From: Eledone cirrhosa | Taxonomy: Eukaryota | Direction: 5' to 3' | DNA: 64,000 nucleotides | NCBI GenBank assembly: GCA_964016885.1 | Contig: OZ024740.1 | Coordinates: 137,702,001-137,766,000, forward strand | In this document: piece after piece, positions 28,250 to 41,599 of the stretch | How the letters are laid out: the number at the start of each line of letters is the position of its first letter | Position numbering within the stretch: the first letter of the stretch is position 1 | The notes under the pieces: generated by a model | Told to the model about the DNA's origin: nothing | Seen by the model: only the letters and a program-made list of their open reading frames with translations | The model's database searches: none | Translations under genes and position numbers: made by a program

Positions 28250-31200
28250 TCACTCTCCAATTCTCTCTTTCTCTTATGACTTTTCCCCCAATCTCCAATT
28301 CTCTCTTTCTCTTATCCCTTTTCTCTCAATCTCCAATTCTCTCTTTCTTTTCTCACTTTTCCCCCAATCTCCAATTCTATCTTTCTCTTCACACTTTTCC
28401 CCCAATCTCCAATTCTCTCTTTCTCTTATCACATTTCCCCCAATCTCCAATTCTCTCTTTCTCTTATCCCTTTCCTCTCAATCTCCAATTCTCTCTTTCT
28501 TTTCTCACTTTTCCCCCAATCTCCAATTCTGTATTTCTCTACACACAAATCCCCTAATCTCCAATTCTCTCTTACACTTATCAATTTTCTCTCAATCTCC
28601 AATTCTCTCTTTCTCTTATCACTTTTCTCCCAATCTCCAATTCTCTCAATCTCTTATCACTTTTCTCTCAATCTCCAATTCCCTCTTTCTCTTATCACTT
28701 TTCTCTCAATCTCTAATTCTCTCTTTCTCTTATGACTTTTCTCTCAATCTCCAATTCTCTCTTTCTCTTTTCACTTTTCTCTCAATCTCCAATTCTCTCT
28801 TTCTCTTATCACTTTTCCCCCAATCTCCAATTCTCTCTTTCTATGATCACTTTTCTCTCAATCTCCAATTCTCTCTTTCTCTTATCACCTTTCCCCCAAT
28901 CTCCAATTCTCTCTTTCTCTTATCACTTTTCTCTCAATCTCCAATTCTCTCTTTCTCTTATGACTTTTCCCCCAATCTCCAATTCTCTCTTTCTCTTATC
29001 ACTTTTCTCTCAATCTCCAATTCTCTCTTTCTCTTATGACTTTTCCCCCAATCTCCAATTATCTCTTTCTCTTATCACTTTAACTCACTCTCCAATTCTC
29101 TCTTTCTCTTATCACTTTTCTCTCAATCTCCAATTCTCCTTTTCACTTATCACTTTTTTCTCAATCTCCAATTCTCTCTTCCTCTTATCACTTTTCTCTC
29201 AATCTCCAATTCTCTCTTTCTCTTATCACTTTTCCCCCAATCTCCAATTCTCTCTTTCTCTTATCACCTTTCCCCCAATCTCCAATTCTCTCTTTCTCTT
29301 ATCACTTTTCTCTCAATCTCCAATTCTCTCTTTCTCTTATGACTTTTCCCCCAATCTCCAATTCTCGCTTTCTATTATCAATTTTCTCTCAATCTCCAAT
29401 TCTTTCTTTCTCTTATCACTTTTCTCTCAATCTCCAATTCTCTCTTTCTCTTATCACTTTTCCCCCATCTCCAATTCTGTCTTTCTCTTATCACTTTTCT
29501 CTCAATCTCCAATTCTCTCTTTCTCTTATCACTTTTCCCCCCAATCTCCAATTCTCTCTTTCTCTTATCACTTTTCTCTCACTCTCCAATTCTCTCTATC
29601 TCTTATGACTTTTCCCCCAATCTCCAATTCTCTCTTTCTCTTATCCCTTTTCTCTCAATCTCCAATTCTCTCTTTCTTTTCTCACTTTTCCCCCAATCTC
29701 CAATTCTCTCTTTCTCTTCACACTTTTCCCCCAATCTCCAATTCTCACTTTCTCTTATCACCTTTCCCCCAATCTCCAATTCTCTCTTTCTCTTATCCCT
29801 TTCCTCTCAATCTCCAATTCTCTCTTTCTTTTCTCACTTTTCCCCCAATCTCCAATTCTCTCTTTCTCTTCACACTTTTCCCCCAATCTCCAATTCTCTC
29901 TTTCTCTTATCACCTTTCCCCCAATCTCCAATTCTCTCTTTCTCTTATCCCTTTCCTCTCAATCTCCAATTCTCTCTTTCTTTTCTCACTTTTCCCCCAA
30001 TCTCCAATTCTGTATTTCTCTACACACAAATCCCCTAATCTCCAATTCTCTCTTACACTTATCAATTTTCTCTCAATCTCCAATTCTCTCTTTCTCTTAT
30101 CACTTTTCCCCCATCTCCAATTCTCTCTTTCTCTTATCACTTTTCTCTCAATCTCCAATTCTCTCTTTCTCTTATCACTTTTCTCTCAATCTCTAATTCT
30201 CTCTTTCTCTTATCACTTTTCTCTCAATCTCCAATTCTCTCTTTCTCTTATCACTTTTCCCCCCAATCTCCAATTCTTTCTTTCTCTTATCACTTTTCTC
30301 TCACTCTCCAATTCTCTCTTTCTCTTATGACTTCTCCCCCAATCTCCAATTCTCTCTTTCTCTTATCACTTTTCTCTCAATCTCCAATTCTCTCTTTCTC
30401 TTATGACATTTCCCCCAATCTCCAATTATCTCTTTCTCTTATCACTTTAACTCACTCTACAATTCTCTCTTTCTCTTATCACTTTTCCCCCAATCTCCAA
30501 TTCTCTCTTTCTCTTATCAATTTTCTCTCAATCTCCAATTCTTTCATTCTCTAATCCCTTTTCCCCCAATCTCCAATTCTCTCTCTCTCTTATCACTTTT
30601 CTCTCAATCTCCAATTCTCCTTTTCACTTATCACTTTTTTCTCAATCTCCAATTCTCACTTTATCTTATCACTTTTCTCTCAATCTCCAATTCTCTCTTT
30701 CTCTTATCTCTTTTCCCCCAATCTCCAATTCTCTCTTTCTCTTATCACCTTTCCCCCAATCTCCAATTCTCTCTTTCTCTTATCACTTTTCTCTCAATCT
30801 CCAATTCTCTCTTTCTCTTATGACTTTTCCCCCAATCTCCAATTCTCTCTTTCTGTTATCAATTTTCTCTCAATCTCCAATTCTTTCTTTCTCTTATCAC
30901 TTTTCTCTCAATCTCCTATTCTCTCTTTCTCTTATCACTTTTCCCCCATCTCCAATTCTGTCTTTCTCTTATCACTTTTCTCTCAATCTCCAATTCTCTC
31001 TTTCTCTTATCACTTTTCTCTCAATCTCCAATTCCCACTTTATCTTATCACTTTTCTCTCAATCTCTAATTCTCTCTTTCTCCTACCACTTTTCTCTCAA
31101 TCTCCAATTCTCTCTTTCTCTTATCACTTTTCCCCCCAATCTCCAATTCTCTCTTTCTCTTATCACTTTTCTCTCACTCTCCAATTCTCTCTTTCTCTTA

Positions 31201-34200
31201 TGACTTTTCCCCCAATCTCCAATTCTCTCTTTCTCTTATCCCTTTTCTCTCAATCTCCAATTCTCTCTTTCTTTTCTCACTTTTCCCCCAATCTCCAATT
31301 CTATCTTTCTCTTCACACTTTTCCCCCAATCTCCAATTCTCTCTTTCTCTTATCACCTTTACCCCAATCTCCAATTCTCTCTTTCTCTTATCCCTTTCCT
31401 CTCAATCTCCAATTCTCTCTTTCTTTTCTCACTTTTCCCCCAATCTCCAATTCTGTATTTCTCTACACACAAATCCCCTAATCTCCAATTCTCTCTTACA
31501 CTTATCAATTTTCTCTCAATCTCCAATTCTCTCTTTCTCTTATCACTTTTCTCCCAATCTCCAATTCTCTCAATCTCTTATCACTTTTCTCTCAATCTCC
31601 AATTCCCTCTTTCTCTTATCACTTTTCTCTCAATCTCTAATTCTCTCTTTCTCTTATCACTTTTCTCTCAATCTCCAATTCTCTCTTTCTCTTTTCACTT
31701 TTCTCTCAATCTCCAATTCTCTCTTTCTCTTATCACTTTTCCCCCAATCTCCAATTCTCTCTTTCTATGATCACTTTTCTCTCAATCTCCAATTCTCTCT
31801 TTCTCTTATCACCTTTCCCCCAATCTCCAATTCTCTCTTTCTCTTATCACTTTTCTCTCACTCTCCAATTCTCTCTTTCTCTTATGACTTTTCCCCCAAT
31901 CTCCAATTCTCTCTTTCTCTTATCACTTTTCTCTCAATCTCCAATTCTCTCTTTCTCTTATGACTTTTCCCCCAATCTCCAATTATCTCTTTCTCTTATC
32001 ACTTTAACTCACTCTCCAATTCTCTCTTTCTCTTATCACTTTTCTCTCAATCTCCAATTCTCCTTTTCACTTATCACTTTTTTCTCAATCTCCAATTCTC
32101 TCTTCCTCTTATCACTTTTCTCTCAATCTCCAATTCTCTCTTTCTCTTATCACTTTTCCCCCAATCTCCAATTCTCTCTTTCTCTTATCACCTTTCCCCC
32201 AATCTCCAATTCTCTCTTTCTCTTATCACTTTTCTCTCAATCTCCAATTCTCTCTTTCTCTTATGACTTTTCCCCCAATCTCCAATTCTCGCTTTCTATT
32301 ATCAATTTTCTCTCAATCTCCAATTCTTTCTTTCTCTTATCACTTTTCTCTATATCTCCAATTCTCTCTTTCTCTTATCACTTTTCCCCCATCTCCAATT
32401 CTGTCTTTCTCTTATCACTTTTCTCTCAATCTCCAATTCTCTCTTTCTCTTATCACTTTTCCCCCCAATCTCCAATTCTCTCTTTCTCTTATCACTTTTC
32501 TCTCACTCTCCAATTCTCTCTATCTCTTATGACTTTTCCCCCAATCTCCAATTCTCTCTTTCTCTTATCCCTTTTCTCTCAATCTCCAATTCTCTCTTTC
32601 TTTTCTCACTTTTCCCCCAATCTCCAATTCTCTCTTTCTCTTCACACTTTTCCCCCAATCTCCAATTCTCTCTTTCTCTTATCACCTTTCCCCCAATCTC
32701 CAATTCTCTCTTTCTCTTATCCCTTTCCTCTCAATCTCCAATTCTCTCTTTCTTTTCTCACTTTTCCCCCAATCTCCAATTCTGTATTTCTCTACACACA
32801 AATCCCCTAATCTCCAATTCTCTCTTTCACTTATCAATTTTATCTCAATCTCCAATTCTCTCTTTCTCTTATCACTTTTCCCCCATCTCCAATTCTCTCT
32901 TTCTCTTATCACTTTTCTCTCAATCTCCAATTCTCTCTTTCTCTTATCACTTTTCTCTCAATCTCTAATTCTCTCTTTCTCTTATCACTTTTCCCCCCAA
33001 TCTCCAATTCTCTCTTTCTCTTATCACTTTTCTCTCACTCTCCAATTCTCTCTTTCTCTTATGACTTCTCCCCCAATCTCCAATTCTCTCTTTCTCTTAT
33101 CACTTTTCTCTCAATCTCCAATTCTCTCTTTCTCTTATGACATTTCCCCCAATCTCCAATTATCTCTTTCTCTTATCACTTTAACTCACTCTACAATTCT
33201 CTCTTTCTCTTATCACTTTTCCCCCAATCTCCAATTCTCTCTTTCTCTTATCAATTTTCTCTCAATCTCCAATTCTTTCTTTCTCTAATCCCTTTTCCCC
33301 CAATCTCCAATTCTCTCTTTCTCTTATCACTTTTCTCTCAATCTCCAATTCTCCTTTTCACTTATCACTTTTTTCTCAATCTCCAATTCTCTCTTTCTCT
33401 TATCACTTTTCTCTCAATCTCCAATTCTCTCTTTCTCTTATCTCTTTTCCCCCAATCTCCAATTCTCTCTTTCTCTTATCACCTTTCCCCCAATCTCCAA
33501 TTCTCTCTTTCTCTAATCACTTTTCTCTCACTCTCCAATTCTCTCTATCTCTTATGACTTTTCCCCCAATCTCCAATTCTCTCTTTCTCTTATCCCTTTT
33601 CTCTCAATCTCCAATTCTCTCTTTCTTTTCTCACTTTTCCCCCAATCTCCAATTCTATCTTTCTCTTCACACTTTTCCCCCAATCTCCAATTCTCTCTTT
33701 CTCTTATCACCTTTACCCCAATCTCCAATTCTCTCTTTCTCTTATCCCTTTCCTCTCAATCTCCAATTCTCTCTTTCTTTTCTCACTTTTCCCCCAATCT
33801 CCAATTCTGTATTTCTCTACACACAAATCCCCTAATCTCCAATTCTCTCTTACACTTATCAATTTTCTCTCAATCTCCAATTCTCTCTTTCTCTTATCAC
33901 TTTTCTCCCAATCTCCAATTCTCTCAATCTCTTATCACTTTTCTCTCAATCTCCAATTCCCTCTTTCTCTTATCACTTTTCTCTCAATCTCTAATTCTCT
34001 CTTTCTCTTATCACTTTTCTCTCAATCTCCAATTCTCTCTTTCTCTTTTCACTTTTCTCTCAATCTCCAATTCTCTCTTTCTCTTATCACTTTTCCCCCA
34101 ATCTCCAATTCTCTCTTTCTATGATCACTTTTCTCTCAATCTCCAATTCTCTCTTTCTCTTATCACCTTTCCCCCAATCTCCAATTCTCTCTTTCTCTTA

Positions 34201-35950
34201 TCACTTTTCTCTCACTCTCCAATTCTCTCTTTCTCTTATGACTTTTCCCCCAATCTCCAATTCTCTCTTTCTCTTATCACTTTTCTCTCAATCTCCAATT
34301 CTCTCTTTCTCTTATGACTTTTCCCCCAATCTCCAATTATCTCTTTCTCTTATCACTTTAACTCACTCTCCAATTCTCTCTTTCTCTTATCACTTTTCTC
34401 TCAATCTCCAATTCTCCTTTTCACTTATCACTTTTTTCTCAATCTCCAATTCTCTCTTCCTCTTATCACTTTTCTCTCAATCTCCAATTCTCTCTTTCTC
34501 TTATCACTTTTCCCCCAATCTCCAATTCTCTCTTTCTCTTATCACCTTTCCCCCAATCTCCAATTCTCTCTTTCTCTTATCACTTTTCTCTCAATCTCCA
34601 ATTCTCTCTTTCTCTTATGACTTTTCCCCCAATCTCCAATTCTCGCTTTCTATTATCAATTTTCTCTCAATCTCCAATTCTTTCTTTCTCTTATCACTTT
34701 TCTCTATATCTCCAATTCTCTCTTTCTCTTATCACTTTTCCCCCATCTCCAATTCTGTCTTTCTCTTATCACTTTTCTCTCAATCTCCAATTCTCTCTTT
34801 CTCTTATCACTTTTCCCCCCAATCTCCAATTCTCTCTTTCTCTTATCACTTTTCTCTCACTCTCCAATTCTCTCTATCTCTTATGACTTTTCCCCCAATC
34901 TCCAATTCTCTCTTTCTCTTATCCCTTTTCTCTCAATCTCCAATTCTCTCTTTCTTTTCTCACTTTTCCCCCAATCTCCAATTCTCTCTTTCTCTTCACA
35001 CTTTTCCCCCAATCTCCAATTCTCTCTTTCTCTTATCACCTTTCCCCCAATCTCCAATTCTCTCTTTCTCTTATCCCTTTCCTCTCAATCTCCAATTCTC
35101 TCTTTCTTTTCTCACTTTTCCCCCAATCTCCAATTCTGTATTTCTCTACACACAAATCCCCTAATCTCCAATTCTCTCTTTCACTTATCAATTTTATCTC
35201 AATCTCCAATTCTCTCTTTCTCTTATCACTTTTCCCCCATCTCCAATTCTCTCTTTCTCTTATCACTTTTCTCTCAATCTCCAATTCTCTCTTTCTCTTA
35301 TCACTTTTCTCTCAATCTCTAATTCTCTCTTTCTCTTATCACTTTTCCCCCCAATCTCCAATTCTCTCTTTCTCTTATCACTTTTCTCTCACTCTCCAAT
35401 TCTCTCTTTCTCTTATGACTTCTCCCCCAATCTCCAATTCTCTCTTTCTCTTATCACTTTTCTCTCAATCTCCAATTCTCTCTTTCTCTTATGACATTTC
35501 CCCCAATCTCCAATTATCTCTTTCTCTTATCACTTTAACTCACTCTACAATTCTCTCTTTCTCTTATCACTTTTCCCCCAATCTCCAATTCTCTCTTTCT
35601 CTTATCAATTTTCTCTCAATCTCCAATTCTTTCTTTCTCTAATCCCTTTTCCCCCAATCTCCAATTCTCTCTTTCTCTTATCACTTTTCTCTCAATCTCC
35701 AATTCTCCTTTTCACTTATCACTTTTTTCTCAATCTCCAATTCTCTCTTTCTCTTATCACTTTTCTCTCAATCTCCAATTCTCTCTTTCTCTTATCTCTT
35801 TTCCCCCAATCTCCAATTCTCTCTTTCTCTTATCACCTTTCCCCCAATCTCCAATTCTCTCTTTCTCTAATCACTTTTCTCTCACTCTCCAATTCTCTCT
35901 ATCTCTTATGACTTTTCCCCCAATCTCCAATTCTCTCTTTCTCTTATCCC
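28250..35950. repeat. Tandem duplication, 2354-bp unit (62 monomers) at about 31.2-35.9 kb, preceded by a related copy 2924 bp upstream
   Basis: ORF pairs 31200/33554, 31767/34121, 32263/34617, 33061/35415. Private variant CTCTATATCTCC at 32351 and 34705. ORF pair 29339/32263 gives offset 2924. Confidence 0.88.
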
Positions 35951-36149
35951 TTTTCTCTCAATCTCCAATTCTCTCTTTCTTTTCTCACTTTTCCCCCAAT
36001 CTCCAATTCTCTCTTTCTCTTCACACTTTTCCCCCAATCTCCAATTCTCTTTTTCTCTTATCACCTTTCCCCCAATCTCCAATTCTCTCTTTCTCTTATC
36101 CCTTTCCTCTCAATCTCCAATTCTCTCTTTCTTTTCTCACTTTTCCCCC

Positions 36150-39100
36150 AATCTCCAATTCTGTATTTCTCTACACACAAATCCCCTAATCTCCAATTCT
36201 CTCTTTCACTTATCAATTTTATCTCAATCTCCAATTCTCTCTTTCTCTTATCACTTTTCCCCCATCTCAAATTCTCTCTTTCTCTTATCACTTTTCTCTC
36301 AATCTCCAATTCTCTCTTTCTCTTATAACTTTTCTCTCAATCTCTAATTCTCTCTTTCTCTTATCACTTTTCCCCCCAATCTCCAATTCTCTCTTTCTCT
36401 TATCACTTTTCTCTCACTCTCCAATTCTCTCTTTCTCTTATGACTTCTCCCCCAATCTCCAATTCTCTCTTTCTCTTATCACTTTTCTCTCAATCTCCAA
36501 TTCTCTCTTTCTCTTATGACATTTCCCCCAATCTCCAATTATCTCTTTCTCTTATCACTTTAACTCACTCTACAATTCTCTCTTTCTCTTATCACTTTTC
36601 CCCCAATCTCCAATTCTCTCTTTCTCTTATCAATTTTCTCTCAATCTCCAATTCTTTCTTTCTCTAATCCCTTTTCCCCCAATCTCCAATTCTCTCTTTC
36701 TCTTATCACTTTTCTCTCAATCTCCAATTCTCCTTTTCACTTATCACTTTTTTCTCAATCTCCAATTCTCTCTTTCTCTTATCACTTTTCTCTCAATCTC
36801 CAATTCTCTCTTTCTCTTATCTCTTTTCCCCCAATCTCCAATTCTCTCTTTCTCTTATCACCTTTCCCCCAATCTCCAATTCTCTCTTTCTCTTATCACT
36901 TTTCTCTCAATCTCCAATTCTCTCTTTCTCTTATGACTTTTCCCCCAATCTCCAATTCTCTCTTTCTGTTATCAATTTTCTCTCAATCTCCAATTCTTTC
37001 TTTCTCTTATCACTTTTCTCTCAATCTCCTATTCTCTCTTTCTCTTATCACTTTTCCCCCATCTCCAATTCTGTCTTTCTCTTATCACTTTTCTCTCAAT
37101 CTCCAATTCTCTCTTTCTCTTATCACTTTTCTCTCAATCTCCAATTCTCTCTTTCTCTTATCACTTTTCCCCCAATCTCCAATTCTCTCTTTCTCTTATC
37201 ACCTTTCCCCCAATCTCCAATTCTCTCTTTCTCTTATCACTTTTCTCTCAATCTCCAATTCTCACTTTCTCTTATGACTTTTCCCCCAATCTCCAATTCT
37301 CGCTTTCTATTATCAATTTTCTCTCAATCTCCAATTCTTTCTTTCTCTTATCACTTTTCTCTCAATCTCCAATTCTCTCTTTCTCTTATCACTTTTCCCC
37401 CATCTCCAATTCTGTCTTTCTCTTATCACCTTTCCCCCAATCTCCAATTCTGTATTTCTCTACACACAAATCCCCTAATCTCCAATTCTCTCTTTCACTT
37501 ATCAATTTTATCTCAATCTCCAATTCTCTCTTTCTCTTATCACTTTTCTCCCAATCTCCAATTCTCTCAATCTCTTATCACTTTTCTCTCAATCTCTAAT
37601 TCTCTCTTTCTCTTATCACTTTCCTCTCAATCTCCAATTCTCTCTTTCTCTTATCACTTTTCTCTCAATCTCCAATTCTCTCTTTCTCTTATCACTTTTC
37701 CCCCAATCTCCAATTCTCTCTTTCTATTATCACTTTTCTCTCAATCTCTAATTCTCTCTTTCTCTTATCACCTTTCCCCCAATCTCCAATTCTCTCTTTC
37801 TCTTATCACTTTTCTCTCAATCTCCAATTCTCTCTTTCTCTTATGACTTTTCCCCCAATCTCCAATTCTCTCTTACTGTTATCAATTTTCTCTCAATCTC
37901 CAATTCTTTCTTTCTCTTATCACTTTTCTCTCAATCTCCAATTCTCTCTTTCTCTTATCACTTTTCCCCCCAATCTCCAATTCTCTCTTTCTCTTATCAC
38001 TTTTCTCTCACTCTCCAATTCTCTCTTTCTCTTATGACTTTTCCCCCAATCTCCAAATCTCTCTTTCTCTTATCCCTTTTCTCTCAATCTCCAATTCTCT
38101 CTTTCTTTTCTCACTTTTCCCCCAATCTCCAATTCTGTATTTCTCTACACACAAATCCCCTAATCTCCAATTCTCTCTTTCACTTATCAATTTTATCTCA
38201 ATCTCCAATTCTCTCTTTCTCTTATCACTTTTCCCCCATCTCAAATTCTCTCTTTCTCTTATCACTTTTCTCTCAATCTCCAATTCTCTCTTTCTCTTAT
38301 AACTTTTCTCTCAATCTCTAATTCTCTCTTTCTCTTATCACTTTTCCCCCCAATCTCCAATTCTCTCTTTCTCTTATCACTTTTCTCTCACTCTCCAATT
38401 CTCTCTTTCTCTTATGACTTCTCCCCCAATCTCCAATTCTCTCTTTCTCTTATCACTTTTCTCTCAATCTCCAATTCTCTCTTTCTCTTATGACATTTCC
38501 CCCAATCTCCAATTATCTCTTTCTCTTATCACTTTAACTCACTCTACAATTCTCTCTTTCTCTTATCACTTTTCCCCCAATCTCCAATTCTCTCTTTCTC
38601 TTATCAATTTTCTCTCAATCTCCAATTCTTTCTTTCTCTAATCCCTTTTCCCCCAATCTCCAATTCTCTCTTTCTCTTATCACTTTTCTCTCAATCTCCA
38701 ATTCTCCTTTTCACTTATCACTTTTTTCTCAATCTCCAATTCTCTCTTTCTCTTATCACTTTTCTCTCAATCTCCAATTCTCTCTTTCTCTTATCTCTTT
38801 TCCCCCAATCTCCAATTCTCTCTTTCTCTTATCACCTTTCCCCCAATCTCCAATTCTCTCTTTCTCTTATCACTTTTCTCTCAATCTCCAATTCTCTCTT
38901 TCTCTTATGACTTTTCCCCCAATCTCCAATTCTCTCTTTCTGTTATCAATTTTCTCTCAATCTCCAATTCTTTCTTTCTCTTATCACTTTTCTCTCAATC
39001 TCCTATTCTCTCTTTCTCTTATCACTTTTCCCCCATCTCCAATTCTGTCTTTCTCTTATCACTTTTCTCTCAATCTCCAATTCTCTCTTTCTCTTATCAC

Positions 39101-40100
39101 TTTTCTCTCAATCTCCAATTCTCTCTTTCTCTTATCACTTTTCCCCCAATCTCCAATTCTCTCTTTCTCTTATCACCTTTCCCCCAATCTCCAATTCTCT
39201 CTTTCTCTTATCACTTTTCTCTCAATCTCCAATTCTCACTTTCTCTTATGACTTTTCCCCCAATCTCCAATTCTCGCTTTCTATTATCAATTTTCTCTCA
39301 ATCTCCAATTCTTTCTTTCTCTTATCACTTTTCTCTCAATCTCCAATTCTCTCTTTCTCTTATCACTTTTCCCCCATCTCCAATTCTGTCTTTCTCTTAT
39401 CACCTTTCCCCCAATCTCCAATTCTGTATTTCTCTACACACAAATCCCCTAATCTCCAATTCTCTCTTTCACTTATCAATTTTATCTCAATCTCCAATTC
39501 TCTCTTTCTCTTATCACTTTTCTCCCAATCTCCAATTCTCTCAATCTCTTATCACTTTTCTCTCAATCTCTAATTCTCTCTTTCTCTTATCACTTTCCTC
39601 TCAATCTCCAATTCTCTCTTTCTCTTATCACTTTTCTCTCAATCTCCAATTCTCTCTTTCTCTTATCACTTTTCCCCCAATCTCCAATTCTCTCTTTCTA
39701 TTATCACTTTTCTCTCAATCTCTAATTCTCTCTTTCTCTTATCACCTTTCCCCCAATCTCCAATTCTCTCTTTCTCTTATCACTTTTCTCTCAATCTCCA
39801 ATTCTCTCTTTCTCTTATGACTTTTCCCCCAATCTCCAATTCTCTCTTACTGTTATCAATTTTCTCTCAATCTCCAATTCTTTCTTTCTCTTATCACTTT
39901 TCTCTCAATCTCCAATTCTCTCTTTCTCTTATCACTTTTCCCCCCAATCTCCAATTCTCTCTTTCTCTTATCACTTTTCTCTCACTCTCCAATTCTCTCT
40001 TTCTCTTATGACTTTTCCCCCAATCTCCAAATCTCTCTTTCTCTTATCCCTTTTCTCTCAATCTCCAATTCTCTCTTTCTTTTCTCACTTTTCCCCCAAT
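36150..40100. repeat. Tandem duplication, 1974-bp unit (52 monomers)
   Basis: ORF pairs 36440/38414, 36933/38907, 37274/39248, 37843/39817, 38034/40008. Private variants ATCTCAAATT, CTTATAACT and CTCCAAATCT each occur twice at that offset. Confidence 0.9.
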
Positions 40101-41599
40101 CTCCAATTCTCTCTTTCTCTTCACACTTTTCCCCCAATCTCCAATTCTCTCTTTCTCTTATCACCTTTCCCCCAATCTCCAATTCTCTCTTTCTCTTATC
40201 CCTTTCCTCTCAATCTCCAATTCTCTCTTTCTTTTCTCACTTTTCCCCCAATCTCCAATTCTGTATTTCTCTACACACAAATCCCCTAATCCCCAATTCT
40301 CTCTTTCACTTATCAATTTTCTCTCAATCTCCAATTCTCTCTTTCTCTTATCACTTTTCTCCCAATCTCCAATTCTCTCAATCTCTTATCACTTTTCTCT
40401 CAATCTCCAATTCCCTCTTTCTCTTATCACTTTTCTCTCAATCTCTAATTCTCTCTTTCTCTTATCACTTTTCTCTCAATCTCCAATTCTCTCTTTCTCT
40501 TATCACTTTTCTCTCAATCTCCAATCCTCTCTTTCTGTTCTCAGTTTACTCCCAATCTCCAATTCTCTCTTTCTCTTATCACTTTTCTCTCAATCTCCAA
40601 TTCTCTCTTTCTCTTATCACTTTTCTCTCAATCTCCAATTCTCTCTTTCTCTTATCACCTTTCCCCCAATCTCCAATTCTCTCTTTCTTTTATCACTTTT
40701 CTCTCAATCTCCAATTCTCTCTTTCTCTTATGACTTTTCCCCCAATCTCCAATTCTCTCTTTCTGTTATCAATTTTCTCTCAATCTCCAATTCTTTCTAT
40801 CTCTTATCACTTTTCTCTCAATCTCCAATTCTCTCTTTCTCTTATCACTTTTCCCCCATCTCCAATTCTCTCTTTCTCTTATCACTTTTATCTCAATCTC
40901 CAATTCTCTCTTTCTCTTATCACTTTTCTCTCAATCTCCAATTCTCTCTTTCTCTTCTCACTTTTACCCCAATCTCCAATTCTCTCTTTCTCTTATCACT
41001 TTTCCTCCAATCTCCAATTCTCTCTTTCTCTTATCAATTTTCTCTCAATCTCCAATTCTTTCTTTATCTAATCACTTTTCCCCCAATCTCCAATTCTCTC
41101 TTTCTCTTATCACTTTTCTCTCAATCTCCAATTCTCTCTTTCTCTTATCAATTTTCTCTCAATCTCCAATTCCCTCTTTCTCTTATCACTTTTCTTTTTC
41201 TCTCACTCTCCAATTCTCTCTTTCTCTTATGTCTTTTCCCCCAATCTCCAATTCTCTCTTTCTCTTATCCCTTTTCTCTCAATCTCCAATTCTCTCTTTC
41301 TTTTCTCACTTTTCCCCCAATCTCCAATTCTCTCTTTCTCTTCACACTTTTCCCCCAATCTCCAATTCTCTCTTTCTCTTATCACCTTTCCCCCAATCTC
41401 CAATTCTCTCTTTCTCTTATCCCTTTTCTCTCAATCTCCAATTCTCTCTTTCTTTTCTCACTTTTCCCCCAATCTCCAATTCTGTATTTCTCTACACACA
41501 AATCCCATAATCTCCAATTCTCTCTTTCACTTATCAATTTTCACTCAATCTCCAATTCTCTCTTTCTCTTATCACTTTTCTCTCAATCTCCAATTCTCT

